This document shows, one piece after another, positions 53,414-63,503 of a stretch of DNA of 64,000 nucleotides (the first letter of the stretch is position 1; every line of letters starts with the position of its first letter). Under the pieces are notes generated by a model. That model was not told where the DNA came from, did not search any database, and saw nothing but the letters and a program-made list of their open reading frames with translations. The translations under genes and the position numbers were made by a program. This DNA comes from Candidatus Peregrinibacteria bacterium (GTDB lineage Bacteria; Patescibacteriota; Gracilibacteria; UBA1369; LOWO2-01-FULL-3), in assembly GCA_043810515.1 (NCBI GenBank), contig JBDRNZ010000027.1:2247-66246 (forward strand), read 5' to 3'.

Positions 53414-56041
53414 ATGGATTTTTTCATACCGAAAGCCTACGAGGCCAAAAAATACGAAGACAATATATATAAAAAATGGGAAGCCAGTTCCGCATTCACC
53501 CCGAAAATAGACAAAAATAAACGTCCCTTTTCAATTTCCATGCCTCCTCCCAATGCGACAGGGGTTTTGCATCTCGGACACGCGGTTATGCTCGCGCTTC
53601 AGGATATAATGGTACGTCATCACAGAATGCTTGGCGAATCGGCTTTATGGCTTCCCGGAACCGACCACGCCGCAATTGCCACGCAAAACAAAGTTGAACA
53701 ACTTCTGGCAAAGAAAGGAAAAACAAGATTTGATCTTGGAAGAAAAGAATTCTTGAAAGAAGTCGGCAAATTTGTAAAATCCTCGCAAAATACAATAAGA
53801 CGCCAAATCAGAAAAATGGGTTCGAGCTGCGACTGGACAAGAGAAAGATATACTCTCGACAAAGGCCTCACCGAGGCTGTGCAAAAGATCTTCATAAAAA
53901 TGCATAAAGACGGTCTCATATATAGAGGAGACCGCATTGTAAACTGGTGTCCGCGCTGCGGATCAACACTCGCAAACGATGAGGTCGAATATAAAGAAGT
54001 CACGGAAAAATTATACTGGATAAAATACGGACCGTTCATTCTGGCCACAACAAGGCCGGAAACGAAACTTGGTGACACCGCAGTCGCAGTGCATCCGGAC
54101 GATAAAAGATATAAAAAAATGGTCGGCAAGAAATTTATGATACCAGGAGTTTTGGGCGAATTTGAAATAGTCGTAGTCGCGGACAAATCAGTCGATCCAA
54201 AATTCGGAAGCGGTGCTGTAAAAGTGACGCCGGCGCACAGTTTTACTGATTTCGAAATCGCTCAGCGGCACAATATTCCAAAAAAATCAATAATCGACGA
54301 GGAAGGAAGAATGAAAAAAAACTGCGGAAAATACGCCGGAATGACAACAATGCAATGCCGAAAGGCGATAGTAAAAGATATGGACAAAATGGGGCTCATT
54401 GAAAAAATTGAGGATTACAAGCACAATTTGTCGATTTGCTACAGATGCGAGACTCCGATAGAACCTCTCATTTCAAAACAATGGTTTGTGAATGTTGAGA
54501 AACCCGTAATCAAAGACGGCAAAAAGTTATTATCTCTCAAACAAAAATCGATTGAAGTCGTAAAAGACGGCGACATAAAAATTCTGCCGTCAAAATTTAA
54601 AAAAACATACTTCCACTGGATGGAAAATCTCCACGATTGGTGTATTTCAAGACAGATCTGGTTCGGTCATAGAATTCCGGCATGGTACTGCAAAAATTGT
54701 GAGGAAATTGTCGTAAGTGCTTCGCGTCCGGAAAAATGCGTAAAATGCGGCTCAAAAGAATTTAAACAGGATCCGGACACGCTTGACACATGGTTTTCGT
54801 CGGGACTTTGGACATTTTCAACGCTCGGATGGCCGAAGAACACAGAAGATTTAAAATATTTTCATCCGACTTCGGTAATGGAAACCGGCTACGACATCCT
54901 GTTTTTCTGGGTTGCGAGAATGATAATAATGACAACGTACGCGCTCCACGAAGTACCATTCAAAACAGTCTATCTTCACGGTCTGATCCGCGACAGAGAA
55001 GGTAGAAAAATGAGCAAATCAAGGCCGGAAACCTGCATAGATCCACTGGAAATGATAGAAAAATATGGAACAGACGCAGTCAGATTGAGCCTGGTGGTCG
55101 GAAGTACGCCCGGAAACGATATGCGTCTTTACGAAGAAAAAATAGCCGGATACAGAAATTTCGTAAACAAAATCTGGAATGCGGCAAGATTTGCGATGAT
55201 GAATATAGAAAAAAAAGACTTAAATACGCGGTTTGAATATGGAATGATAAAGTCATTTGCCGACAAGTGGATTCTTACAAAATTACAGGAACTCATACGT
55301 CAGGTTGATGACGATCTGAAAAAATTCAATTTTTCAGACGCCGGAACCAGAATTTATAATTTTTTCTGGGGCAGTTATTGCGACTGGTATCTGGAAATTT
55401 CAAAAGGTGAACACAAAAATCCTGCCGTACTTTTATATGTCCTAAAAACATCGCTGAAGCTTTTGCACCCGTTCGTGCCTTTTGTAACGGAAAAGTTATG
55501 GGAACTTGCGGACGGAGAAAAACTGCTTATAAGTGAAACATGGCCGGAATATGACAAAAAATTAGTATTCCCAAAAGAAACAAAAACAATGGAGATAATC
55601 CACGACATCATAACGAAAATAAGAAGCACCCGGATGGAACTAAAAGTCGAACCATCCAAAAAAATACACGCAATAATTTACGCGGGATCGCACACCGTTG
55701 CAATCGAGTCGAAAAGAGAAGCACTTATGAGGCTGGCAAAACTTCAGTCTTTGGAAATAAAAGAAAAAGGCCCGAAGATTCAGAAAGCAAAAGTCGTGAT
55801 TCTAGGCAAAGTTGAAATATATCTGCCGTTAAAAGACCTGTTGGATACGGACAAAGAAAAACTCAGGCTTAAAAAAGAAATAGATGAGAAAAAAACTTTC
55901 ATCTCATCATTGGAAACAAAACTTAAAAATAAAAACTTTCTCGCTCACGCACCATCCGAAGTTGTAAAACGCGACAGACAGCGGCTGAAAAATGAAAAGG
56001 AAAACCTGGAACATCTCCAAAAACAGCTCTCAGAGCTTTAA
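53414..56041 (+). CDS. valS: Valyl-tRNA synthetase
   Basis: HIGH-type PPNATGVLHLGHA, KMSKS (RKMSKS), an editing domain and a C-terminal coiled coil. 875 aa. Confidence 0.95.
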   Translation: MDFFIPKAYEAKKYEDNIYKKWEASSAFTPKIDKNKRPFSISMPPPNATGVLHLGHAVMLALQDIMVRHHRMLGESALWLPGTDHAAIATQNKVEQLLAKKGKTRFDLGRKEFLKEVGKFVKSSQNTIRRQIRKMGSSCDWTRERYTLDKGLTEAVQKIFIKMHKDGLIYRGDRIVNWCPRCGSTLANDEVEYKEVTEKLYWIKYGPFILATTRPETKLGDTAVAVHPDDKRYKKMVGKKFMIPGVLGEFEIVVVADKSVDPKFGSGAVKVTPAHSFTDFEIAQRHNIPKKSIIDEEGRMKKNCGKYAGMTTMQCRKAIVKDMDKMGLIEKIEDYKHNLSICYRCETPIEPLISKQWFVNVEKPVIKDGKKLLSLKQKSIEVVKDGDIKILPSKFKKTYFHWMENLHDWCISRQIWFGHRIPAWYCKNCEEIVVSASRPEKCVKCGSKEFKQDPDTLDTWFSSGLWTFSTLGWPKNTEDLKYFHPTSVMETGYDILFFWVARMIIMTTYALHEVPFKTVYLHGLIRDREGRKMSKSRPETCIDPLEMIEKYGTDAVRLSLVVGSTPGNDMRLYEEKIAGYRNFVNKIWNAARFAMMNIEKKDLNTRFEYGMIKSFADKWILTKLQELIRQVDDDLKKFNFSDAGTRIYNFFWGSYCDWYLEISKGEHKNPAVLLYVLKTSLKLLHPFVPFVTEKLWELADGEKLLISETWPEYDKKLVFPKETKTMEIIHDIITKIRSTRMELKVEPSKKIHAIIYAGSHTVAIESKREALMRLAKLQSLEIKEKGPKIQKAKVVILGKVEIYLPLKDLLDTDKEKLRLKKEIDEKKTFISSLETKLKNKNFLAHAPSEVVKRDRQRLKNEKENLEHLQKQLSEL

Positions 56042-56056
56042 ATTAACACGTTTTTC

Positions 56057-56065
56057 TGGTATAAT
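56057..56065 (+). promoter_or_regulatory. Extended -10 element TGgTATAAT upstream of the TPR-like gene
   Basis: TGGTATAAT at 56057-56065, 22 nt before ATG 56088. Confidence 0.35.
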
Positions 56066-56087
56066 TCAGACATAAACAAAAACAAAA

Positions 56088-57011
56088 ATGACGCAGGAAG
56101 CATATTTTTCACAAGCGGAAAAAAACATTGCGAGCCTCACCTCGGAAGGAAAATACAGAGAAGCCTATAATCTTTGTGTTAATTACATTGCGAAATTTCC
56201 GAAAGAGAAAAGATTTGCAAACCTCAAAGACAAAATCGAGGATGAGGTAAAAATCCAGAACAACAAAGTTGTAAAAGAAAAAATAGCCGAAGCCAAGAAC
56301 CTTTTAAAGGATAAAAAAATCAGAGAAGCTCTTAAACTGCTGGAACCGCTTTTAGCCATCGCGCCCAACAACGAAACGCTCAAGCGAATGATAATAAAGA
56401 TACAAAATGAATATAAATCATCGGAAGAAAAAGAGAGGAGAAATTACGAAACACAGCAGACAGAAAGACTCACAAAAATATTAAACCAGGACGAAAACAG
56501 GCTTATAGATGAATTGTTTCTTCTCGAAAGAAATAGTCCGGGAAATAGAGAGGTTCTGCGAATTACCGGAATGTTTAGAGACAAACTGATTGATAAAAAA
56601 ATCAAAAGTATGTCCGACCTGATATATTCGGACAAGTATGAAGCGATTTACAATTTCATTTCACAGCTCAAAAAAATAGACGACAAAAATCCGCACGTTC
56701 TGGCACTGGAAAAACTTGTTAAAACAAGACAACATGGAAACCAGCTTGCGGAAAAAAATGAATTTATTTATGACGCTGAAACACACCTGATGACATTAAT
56801 GCGTCTCAAGAAATACGACAAAGCCATTAAAGTCGCCTCCGAAATAATGGATCTGGATCCGTCAAATAAGCGCATAGCAAAAATTCTCAAACACGCGCAA
56901 AAAAAATACTTCAAACAAACAAAAAACGCTTCAATTGATTCAATCCTCTCAAATCTTGATCAACTCAAAAAAAACTACGCCGCTGACAAAAACAAATTTA
57001 TAAGGATTTAG
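56088..57011 (+). CDS. Helical-repeat (TPR-like) protein, function unknown
   Basis: 307 aa, all-helical and K/E-rich, with repeated A..Y...L..DP.N-type segments. Confidence 0.6.
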   Translation: MTQEAYFSQAEKNIASLTSEGKYREAYNLCVNYIAKFPKEKRFANLKDKIEDEVKIQNNKVVKEKIAEAKNLLKDKKIREALKLLEPLLAIAPNNETLKRMIIKIQNEYKSSEEKERRNYETQQTERLTKILNQDENRLIDELFLLERNSPGNREVLRITGMFRDKLIDKKIKSMSDLIYSDKYEAIYNFISQLKKIDDKNPHVLALEKLVKTRQHGNQLAEKNEFIYDAETHLMTLMRLKKYDKAIKVASEIMDLDPSNKRIAKILKHAQKKYFKQTKNASIDSILSNLDQLKKNYAADKNKFIRI

Positions 57012-58077
57012 TTTTTTTAAGACGGTACATTTTTCGGCCGACACGTTCAAAGAGTCCGCTGTTTTTCAGGACAAGCACGACAGTGATTTTCTTAACCTGA
57101 CGCTGTTTCAAAACGGCGTCAACGATCTCATCCTGCGAAAGCTCTTTCTTTTGCTTTAGTATTTTTCCAATCACATTTTCAACGGTGCCTTTTTCGTATC
57201 CCCATTCGCTTAACGCGTAAATACCGCGTCCGATAAGAACAAATTGATCATGACGAATCAATTCATTGTGAACAGCCTGAAGGTTAACCTGACGGTTGTC
57301 GAAATTTGCATTTGTAATTCTCTCAGAGATATCGACAAAATGCATAGACGTCTTTTCCTGCCGCAAAATATATAAAATTTTATCTCTCAATGTTCTCGGA
57401 TAAAGATGCCTCCATTCAACAAGTCCAACCAGATCATCTTCAAGAAGAGCAACGCGCTTATCTATCGAAATAAGAGACTTCATACCTTCGACATCAAAAT
57501 TCACCTCATCCATAAGTCCCTTTAAATCACGATGAAGTTTGTCAAGTTTTTTCGCGTCTCCATATTTATTAAGCTGATTTACAAGATGATTCGATGCGTA
57601 TTTCAATGAAAAATCGGATATGCCGGATTCGCGGATGTAAGGACAAAAATTAACGGTATTGCCAACACATTTAACCTGGTCGTTTAGAACAAGAGAAAGA
57701 TGAATTCCACCATTATCCAGATCCAGGTTTGGCGGCATAATTTTCTTTAATTCGTCAAACAAAGACGTTTCCGATATAAGTCCTCCGTGATTCCTCAAAA
57801 TGCCTAGTGAAAAATCATGAAGATGTTTTAACGAGGTATTAAAAACATTTCTCCTCATTTTATAAAGAGCGTTTTTCTCAATTTGCCGCACACGTTCGCG
57901 GGTAACGGAAAGTTCTTTTCCGATCTCATCAAGCGTATGTTTTTTCATACCGCTGATACTGAATCTTTTTGTAACGACCAGTTTTTCTTTATCGGAAAGA
58001 AGTAAAAGAAGATTATCAACAAGCGAGGAAATATCTGATACAGTCTGTGTCAAAGGGGCAATTGAGGAATTGTCCAT
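56998..58077 (-). CDS. Sigma-70 region-4-like HTH protein with C-terminal HARE-HTH-like repeats, paralog 2
   Basis: KEKLVVTKRFSISGMKKHTLDEIGKELSVTRERVRQIEKNALYKMRR. The C-terminus QAVHNELIRHDQFVLIGRGIYALSEWG... is collinear with the protein at 49142-50206. Confidence 0.65.
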   Translation of the reverse strand: MDNSSIAPLTQTVSDISSLVDNLLLLLSDKEKLVVTKRFSISGMKKHTLDEIGKELSVTRERVRQIEKNALYKMRRNVFNTSLKHLHDFSLGILRNHGGLISETSLFDELKKIMPPNLDLDNGGIHLSLVLNDQVKCVGNTVNFCPYIRESGISDFSLKYASNHLVNQLNKYGDAKKLDKLHRDLKGLMDEVNFDVEGMKSLISIDKRVALLEDDLVGLVEWRHLYPRTLRDKILYILRQEKTSMHFVDISERITNANFDNRQVNLQAVHNELIRHDQFVLIGRGIYALSEWGYEKGTVENVIGKILKQKKELSQDEIVDAVLKQRQVKKITVVLVLKNSGLFERVGRKMYRLKKTKSL

Positions 58078-58189
58078 GTGGAATGAGGTTATTTTTTGAA
58101 TTTATTTTGACGTGATTATAAAAGCATTTTGTCACAAGATCAAAGAAAAGATCTTGTGAGACTTGTCAAAATGATTTCTTGTTTAATAA

Positions 58190-58501
58190 CTAAGGTTCAA
58201 AAATATAACCAACGCAATGAACTGTCCTGATAAAATCCCCGCAGTTGAAAAATTTTAGTTTTTGGCGAAGAGTACTTACATGCACATCCACCGTATTTGT
58301 TGGACAGCAGATGTTTTGATCCCAGACGTCTTCCAAAATCTGAGTGCGGCTCACGACTCTCCCGGCATTTTTTATAAAATATTCCATCAGACAAAATTCT
58401 TTATTTCTTAGGAAAATATTTCTCTGTCCCACGTAAAATTTACGGGACACGGAATTTATTTTCATACCGCCGATTTTAAGAACATCATTTTTTACAGGCA
58501 T
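58190..58501 (-). CDS. Stand-alone OmpR/PhoB-type winged-helix DNA-binding protein (no receiver domain)
   Basis: L..EY(F)...AGRVVSRTQILEDVWD......TNTVDVHVSTLRQKL......IRTVHCVGYIF is the Trans_reg_C pattern. Start taken at ATG 58501. The upstream part of the track ORF is Phe/Leu-rich AT-shadow. Confidence 0.7.
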   Translation of the reverse strand: MPVKNDVLKIGGMKINSVSRKFYVGQRNIFLRNKEFCLMEYFIKNAGRVVSRTQILEDVWDQNICCPTNTVDVHVSTLRQKLKFFNCGDFIRTVHCVGYIFEP

Positions 58502-58675
58502 AAAAGAAAAATAAAAAACACCAGAATTATAAAAATAAAAATCCAAAAAATCGAAAAAAACCACGCCGGTTTTTATAAAACGGCTTAAAAGAGAGAAAAA
58601 TATAAATAAAAAACTGTTGTTGAAAATTAAACGACAGCTTTGTACACTGTGAACATACAATTTAATAATAAATTT

Positions 58676-58930
58676 ATGGCTGAAGAAAAAAAACAATACA
58701 AGGTAAAAATCACAGAGGAACAGGAATCCGGAGTTTACGCTAACGCAGTGTCCGTGCATTTCAACGCCAACGAATGCATACTTGACATGGCTTACGTTCT
58801 CCCGAACACACCGGAGCCTCTACTTAAAGTAGTAAGCCGGATAAACATGAGCCACAAGACAGCGGAATCTTTTCTGAAAGTTCTGTCAAACGCACTTCTC
58901 GACTGGAAAAATAAAAATTCTAAAAAATAA
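58676..58930 (+). CDS. DUF3467-like small protein
   Basis: GVYANAVSVHFNANECILDMAYVLP is the pattern I associate with DUF3467. Start ATG 58676. Confidence 0.55.
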   Translation: MAEEKKQYKVKITEEQESGVYANAVSVHFNANECILDMAYVLPNTPEPLLKVVSRINMSHKTAESFLKVLSNALLDWKNKNSKK

Positions 58931-58932
58931 TC

Positions 58933-60315
58933 ATGGCTGACCTGATGGAAAAAGTAGTATCTCTCTGCAAACGTAGAGGAATCATATATCCGGGTTCCGA
59001 AATTTACGGCGGACTTGCGAATACATGGGATTACGGGCCTTACGGCTGCGAATTAAAGCAGAATATTAAAAATTACTGGTGGAAAACGTTTGTTCAGGAA
59101 CGGCCTGACATGATAGGAGTCGATTCTGCGATTTTGATGAATCCGAAAGTCTGGGAGGCTTCCGGCCACATCGCGTCTTTTTCAGATCCGCTGATGGATT
59201 GCAAATCCTGCCACGAACGTGTCAGAGGCGACAAACTTATAGAGGAAGCTTTGGGAATTGAGGCTGCCGTCGGAAAATCGCTTGAGGAAATCGGAAAAAT
59301 CATAAAAGACAATAAAATCCCGTGCCCGAAATGCGGCAAAACAGATTTTACACAGGCTAGATCTTTCAATCTCATGTTCAAAACACATCAGGGCGTCATT
59401 GAGGAAACAGCATCGGCGGTTTACCTTCGCCCTGAAACAGCCCAGGGAATTTTCGTAAATTTCAAAAATATTCTCCAGACAACGAGACAAAAAATTCCTT
59501 TCGGCATAGCCCAGATGGGAAAATCATTCAGAAACGAAATAACGCCGGGAAATTTCACATATCGCACAAGAGAATTCGAGCAGATGGAAATAGAATATTT
59601 TCTTCAGCCCAATGACAAAAAAGCTATAAAAGCCTCGTTTGATGAATGGAAAGAAGTCTGCAAAAAATGGTTTCTGGGCCTGGGAATAAAAAAAGATAAT
59701 CTTCGCTTCAGAGAGCACACAAAAGACGAGCTGTCGCATTATTCCAGCATGACTTTTGATATTGAATACAAATTCCCATTCGGCTGGGGCGAATTGGCCG
59801 GACTCGCATACCGTGGCGACTTTGACCTGAAACAGCACGAAAAATTTTCAGGAAAAGATCTAAAATACATAGATCCTATGACCAACGAAAAATACCTTCC
59901 TCATGTTATCGAACCTTCTTTTGGAACGGAAAGAAGTATGCTGACTGTCCTGCTTGATGCCTATGACGAGGACAAAATTGACGGAGAGGAAAGAACAGTT
60001 ATGAGATTCAGCCCGAAGCTCGCACCGGTTAAAGTAGCAATATTTCCGTTAATGAAAAAAGACAAGCTTGTACCTATGGCGCAAAAGATATTTGACGACC
60101 TGAAATCGGATTTTATGGTCGAATATGACGAATCCGGCGCTATAGGAAAACGCTACAGAAGACAGGATGAAATTGGCACACCTTACTGCATCACAGTCGA
60201 TTTTGACTCTCTGGACGATCAAAAAGTGACATTCCGCGACCGCGACACCACCAAACAACAGCGCGTTGATATATCCACCCTCCCAAGCCTTGTTAAAGAA
60301 GCCGTTTTCTGCTAA
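58933..60315 (+). CDS. glyQS: Glycyl-tRNA synthetase (alpha2 dimeric type)
   Basis: 460 aa. YLRPETAQGIF and FRNEITP class II motifs, and a C-terminal anticodon-binding domain (IGKRYRRQDEIGTPYCITVD). Confidence 0.93.
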   Translation: MADLMEKVVSLCKRRGIIYPGSEIYGGLANTWDYGPYGCELKQNIKNYWWKTFVQERPDMIGVDSAILMNPKVWEASGHIASFSDPLMDCKSCHERVRGDKLIEEALGIEAAVGKSLEEIGKIIKDNKIPCPKCGKTDFTQARSFNLMFKTHQGVIEETASAVYLRPETAQGIFVNFKNILQTTRQKIPFGIAQMGKSFRNEITPGNFTYRTREFEQMEIEYFLQPNDKKAIKASFDEWKEVCKKWFLGLGIKKDNLRFREHTKDELSHYSSMTFDIEYKFPFGWGELAGLAYRGDFDLKQHEKFSGKDLKYIDPMTNEKYLPHVIEPSFGTERSMLTVLLDAYDEDKIDGEERTVMRFSPKLAPVKVAIFPLMKKDKLVPMAQKIFDDLKSDFMVEYDESGAIGKRYRRQDEIGTPYCITVDFDSLDDQKVTFRDRDTTKQQRVDISTLPSLVKEAVFC

Positions 60316-60349
60316 AATATAGAGAAAACTAAACACAAAAACAAAAAAG

Positions 60350-63097
60350 ATGAGCGCGTTTCCTTTGAACTTGTGGGAGTACATAAAAGCAAAGCCGGTT
60401 ACATTGCTTATCCTCATAGTGGGATCGGTAATCGCCGTCCTGCTTTTACTGAAAATAGTCAGAAGTATTTATCATTACTCCCAGTCCAAAAAACTAATCT
60501 TCTTCAGAATAACACTTCCGCGTGAAGATTCCCCGAAAGATAAGGAAAAAGAGGTTGAAAAGGATTTTAGGGAAAAAATCGCGATAATGTCGCAGTTCTT
60601 CAGAAGTATCGGGGAAACAAGAGAGCTCAATCTTTGGAACGTCATCAGAACAAGGCTGTTCAAAAACAATATTTTTAGTTTTGAACTTGTCGCCCATCAA
60701 AAGGCCGTGGATTTCTATGTTGCATTCCCACCGTATTATCGCGAGATAGTGGAAAAACAGATCACTTCATACTATCCGGACGCGGACATTCAGCCGATAG
60801 AGAGATACGAGCACAGGCCTCCCGGAAACAAAATGAAAGGATATTACGCGTACGAACAAAAACTGAATTGGTTTCCGATAAAAACTTTTAAAGTTATCGA
60901 AAACGACCCGCTTAACAATCTCACAAACGTCTTCTCAAAACTCGCCGAGGAGGAAACGGCCGTTATTCAGATTGTCATAAGACCCCGCAGCGACAGATGG
61001 ACAAAGAAAGCCACAGCCTATGGTGAGGCATATTTCAAGGGCAAACAAAAAGGCGGAATTAAAATTCCGATACTCGGTCCGATTTTGAATGTTTTTAAGG
61101 GAATATTTCTCGGTTACGAAAAAATGGAAACTCAGGCACAGGACTCCGGTGGAGGATACGTGCGAATGCTTCAGTCAAAAGAGGAGGTTGCGAAAAGAAT
61201 GGGTGAAAAAGCATCACAGGCCGGTTTTGACACAGTAATAAGGCTTCTTTCAACAGCAAAAACGGAAACGCGCGCCGAAGAATTAAGCAATAACATAGTT
61301 ATCAGTTTAAGTCTTTTTAAGGACGCGGGATCAAACTGGTTCCAGACGAGAAGACTCTTCCTGATAGATTCGATCAACGACAAATGGTTCAACTTCAATT
61401 TCCGCCATCGTCTTCTTGATACAAGGATTTTATTTCTCGGCGAAAAAAAATCGATACTGGCTGAAGACGAACTTTCGAGCCTTTACCATTTCCCAAACAG
61501 TAGAATCAATTACACACCTGTAATCAGATGGCTGGACTACAAAGTTTTATCGGCCCCGATAAATCTGCCGGAAGATGGAATACTGATCGGTCACAATATT
61601 TACAGAGGAACCAAAAGAGAAGTCCGGTTCAAAAGAGCCGACAGATCAAGGCATCACTACATCATAGGTAAATCCGGATCAGGTAAATCCGCGCTTTTGT
61701 CGTTTATGGCAAGGCAGGACATACAAAACGGCGAAGGCGTCTGTATCATAGATCCGCACGGCGACCTTATCGAGGACATATTAACTTACATCCCGAAAGA
61801 AAGAGCAAAAGACGTGATCATATTTGATCCTGCGGACACGGAGCGTCCGATGGGTCTGAACATGCTTGACGCGAAAGATTCAGCGCAGATGGACCTGATT
61901 TCAAGTCAGGCCACCGAAATATTCATAAAACTTTTTGGCGATGAAATATTTGGCCCGCGAATCCAGCATTATTTCAGAAATGCCTGCCTCACACTTATGG
62001 AAGACAAAGAGGAAGGCGCGACCCTCATAGATATCCCGAGAATTTTTACGGACGATGCATTTTTGAAATACAAACTGAGAAAAGTGGTAAATCCGGTGGT
62101 TAAGTCTTTCTGGGAACATGAATATGCCAACACCGGCGACAGGGAAAGACAGGAGATGATTCCGTATTTCAGCTCAAAATTCGGCCCGTTCATCACAAAC
62201 TCGATAATGAGAAATACTATCGGTCAGCAGAAATCCTCTTTTAATTTCAGGGAAATCATGGATAACGGAAAAATCCTGCTTGTGAGACTTTCGAAAGGTA
62301 AGATAGGGGATTTGAACACACAGCTTTTGGGACTTGTGATGGTTTCAAGGCTTCAGATGGCAGCAATGAGCCGCGCGGATATTCCGGAGGAGGAAAGAAA
62401 GGATTTCTTTCTGTACGTGGATGAGTTCCAGAATTTCGCAACCGACAGTTTCTGCGCAATCCTCTCGGAAGCTAGAAAATATCGTTTGAACCTGATAATG
62501 GCGCATCAGTACATAAATCAGCTCGTCACGACGAAATATGGCGTAACCTCAACTCAGATCAGAGACGCCGTATTTGGTAACGTTGGAACATTGAGTTCTT
62601 TTAAAGTCGGCGCGGACGATGCCGAATATCTTGCCAAGGAATACGCTCCGCTTTTGACGGAACAGGATGTTATTGGAATTTCAAATTACAAGATGTACAC
62701 AAAGCTGAACATAGACAATTCAACCTCAAGACCGTTCTCGATAAATACAATATGGGATACCACAGGCCAGAATCCAAAGATCGCGGAAATCGTAAAGGAA
62801 TACTCCCGTCTGAAACACGCGAGAAAAAAGAAATTTGTCGAACAAGAAATAACCGTAAGAATCGGCATCGATATGAGCGCCCCGCCTATTGACATAAGCA
62901 AGATGCCCGGCCAGCCCGGCCTGAAAGAACCTTCGCAGGGCAACGTCGTAGCCCAGATGATGAACGCGGCCCAAGAACCTGCGGACGCAAAGCCAACCGC
63001 CGAAGTTCCTCAACCACCTTCCGACGCAAAGCCAACCGCTACCGTACCCAATCAACCTTCCGAAACTCCTCCCACCGAACCTCCAGCCACGGCCTAA
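60350..63097 (+). CDS. Membrane-anchored TraD/VirD4/TraG-like P-loop ATPase, paralog 2, with a Pro-rich C-terminal tail
   Basis: Collinear with 40809-43286: HHYIIGKSGSGKSALL, IIDPHGDLIEDIL, FFLYVDEFQN, AHQY. The tail is PADAKPTAEVPQPPSDAKPTATVP.... Confidence 0.75.
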   Translation: MSAFPLNLWEYIKAKPVTLLILIVGSVIAVLLLLKIVRSIYHYSQSKKLIFFRITLPREDSPKDKEKEVEKDFREKIAIMSQFFRSIGETRELNLWNVIRTRLFKNNIFSFELVAHQKAVDFYVAFPPYYREIVEKQITSYYPDADIQPIERYEHRPPGNKMKGYYAYEQKLNWFPIKTFKVIENDPLNNLTNVFSKLAEEETAVIQIVIRPRSDRWTKKATAYGEAYFKGKQKGGIKIPILGPILNVFKGIFLGYEKMETQAQDSGGGYVRMLQSKEEVAKRMGEKASQAGFDTVIRLLSTAKTETRAEELSNNIVISLSLFKDAGSNWFQTRRLFLIDSINDKWFNFNFRHRLLDTRILFLGEKKSILAEDELSSLYHFPNSRINYTPVIRWLDYKVLSAPINLPEDGILIGHNIYRGTKREVRFKRADRSRHHYIIGKSGSGKSALLSFMARQDIQNGEGVCIIDPHGDLIEDILTYIPKERAKDVIIFDPADTERPMGLNMLDAKDSAQMDLISSQATEIFIKLFGDEIFGPRIQHYFRNACLTLMEDKEEGATLIDIPRIFTDDAFLKYKLRKVVNPVVKSFWEHEYANTGDRERQEMIPYFSSKFGPFITNSIMRNTIGQQKSSFNFREIMDNGKILLVRLSKGKIGDLNTQLLGLVMVSRLQMAAMSRADIPEEERKDFFLYVDEFQNFATDSFCAILSEARKYRLNLIMAHQYINQLVTTKYGVTSTQIRDAVFGNVGTLSSFKVGADDAEYLAKEYAPLLTEQDVIGISNYKMYTKLNIDNSTSRPFSINTIWDTTGQNPKIAEIVKEYSRLKHARKKKFVEQEITVRIGIDMSAPPIDISKMPGQPGLKEPSQGNVVAQMMNAAQEPADAKPTAEVPQPPSDAKPTATVPNQPSETPPTEPPATA

Positions 63098-63126
63098 AAA
63101 AGCGCAAAATTAGACCCTACTTTTGA

Positions 63127-63174
63127 TTGACAAATATAGATAATGTGATAATATCTAGTACTTTTTGATATAAT
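63127..63174 (+). promoter_or_regulatory. Two tandem strong-looking promoters facing the GC-rich segment
   Basis: TTGACA (63127-63132), 16 nt, TGaTAATAT (-10 at 63149-63154). A second extended -10, TGaTATAAT, lies at 63166-63174. Confidence 0.4.
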
Positions 63175-63503
63175 GTCAAAAGTGTCCATTGACAATGCAA
63201 GTAGGGAGTAACCTGTCTCTTTTTTAAATAGCGCGCGCCAGAGGCTTTTGCCCTTGAGCAATCGCTTAGAAGGCGACAGATACTCTCTCTACTTCAAAGG
63301 TAGTTTTATAAGGTTACAAAGGCAAAATCACCGGCAGCATTCCCGGCTAAAAAGGCATTTTTTGGAACTTTTTTGGCTCGCGAAAGCTGCCGGTAAAACG
63401 GCTTCATATAGATTTTCAGGGCTTGCTGGATTCTCAGATACCCACCCATTCATCAGAAGGCTTCCACGTCGCACTGTGCGCGTGAGAAGCCGAGGAGGAC
63501 ACG

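Noticed and set aside
58502-58759. Phe/Leu-rich 86-aa N-terminal extension of the OmpR-type ORF
   Set aside because: It is the low-complexity translation of an A/T-run intergenic spacer and overlaps the divergent DUF3467-like gene start. Homology begins after ATG 58501.
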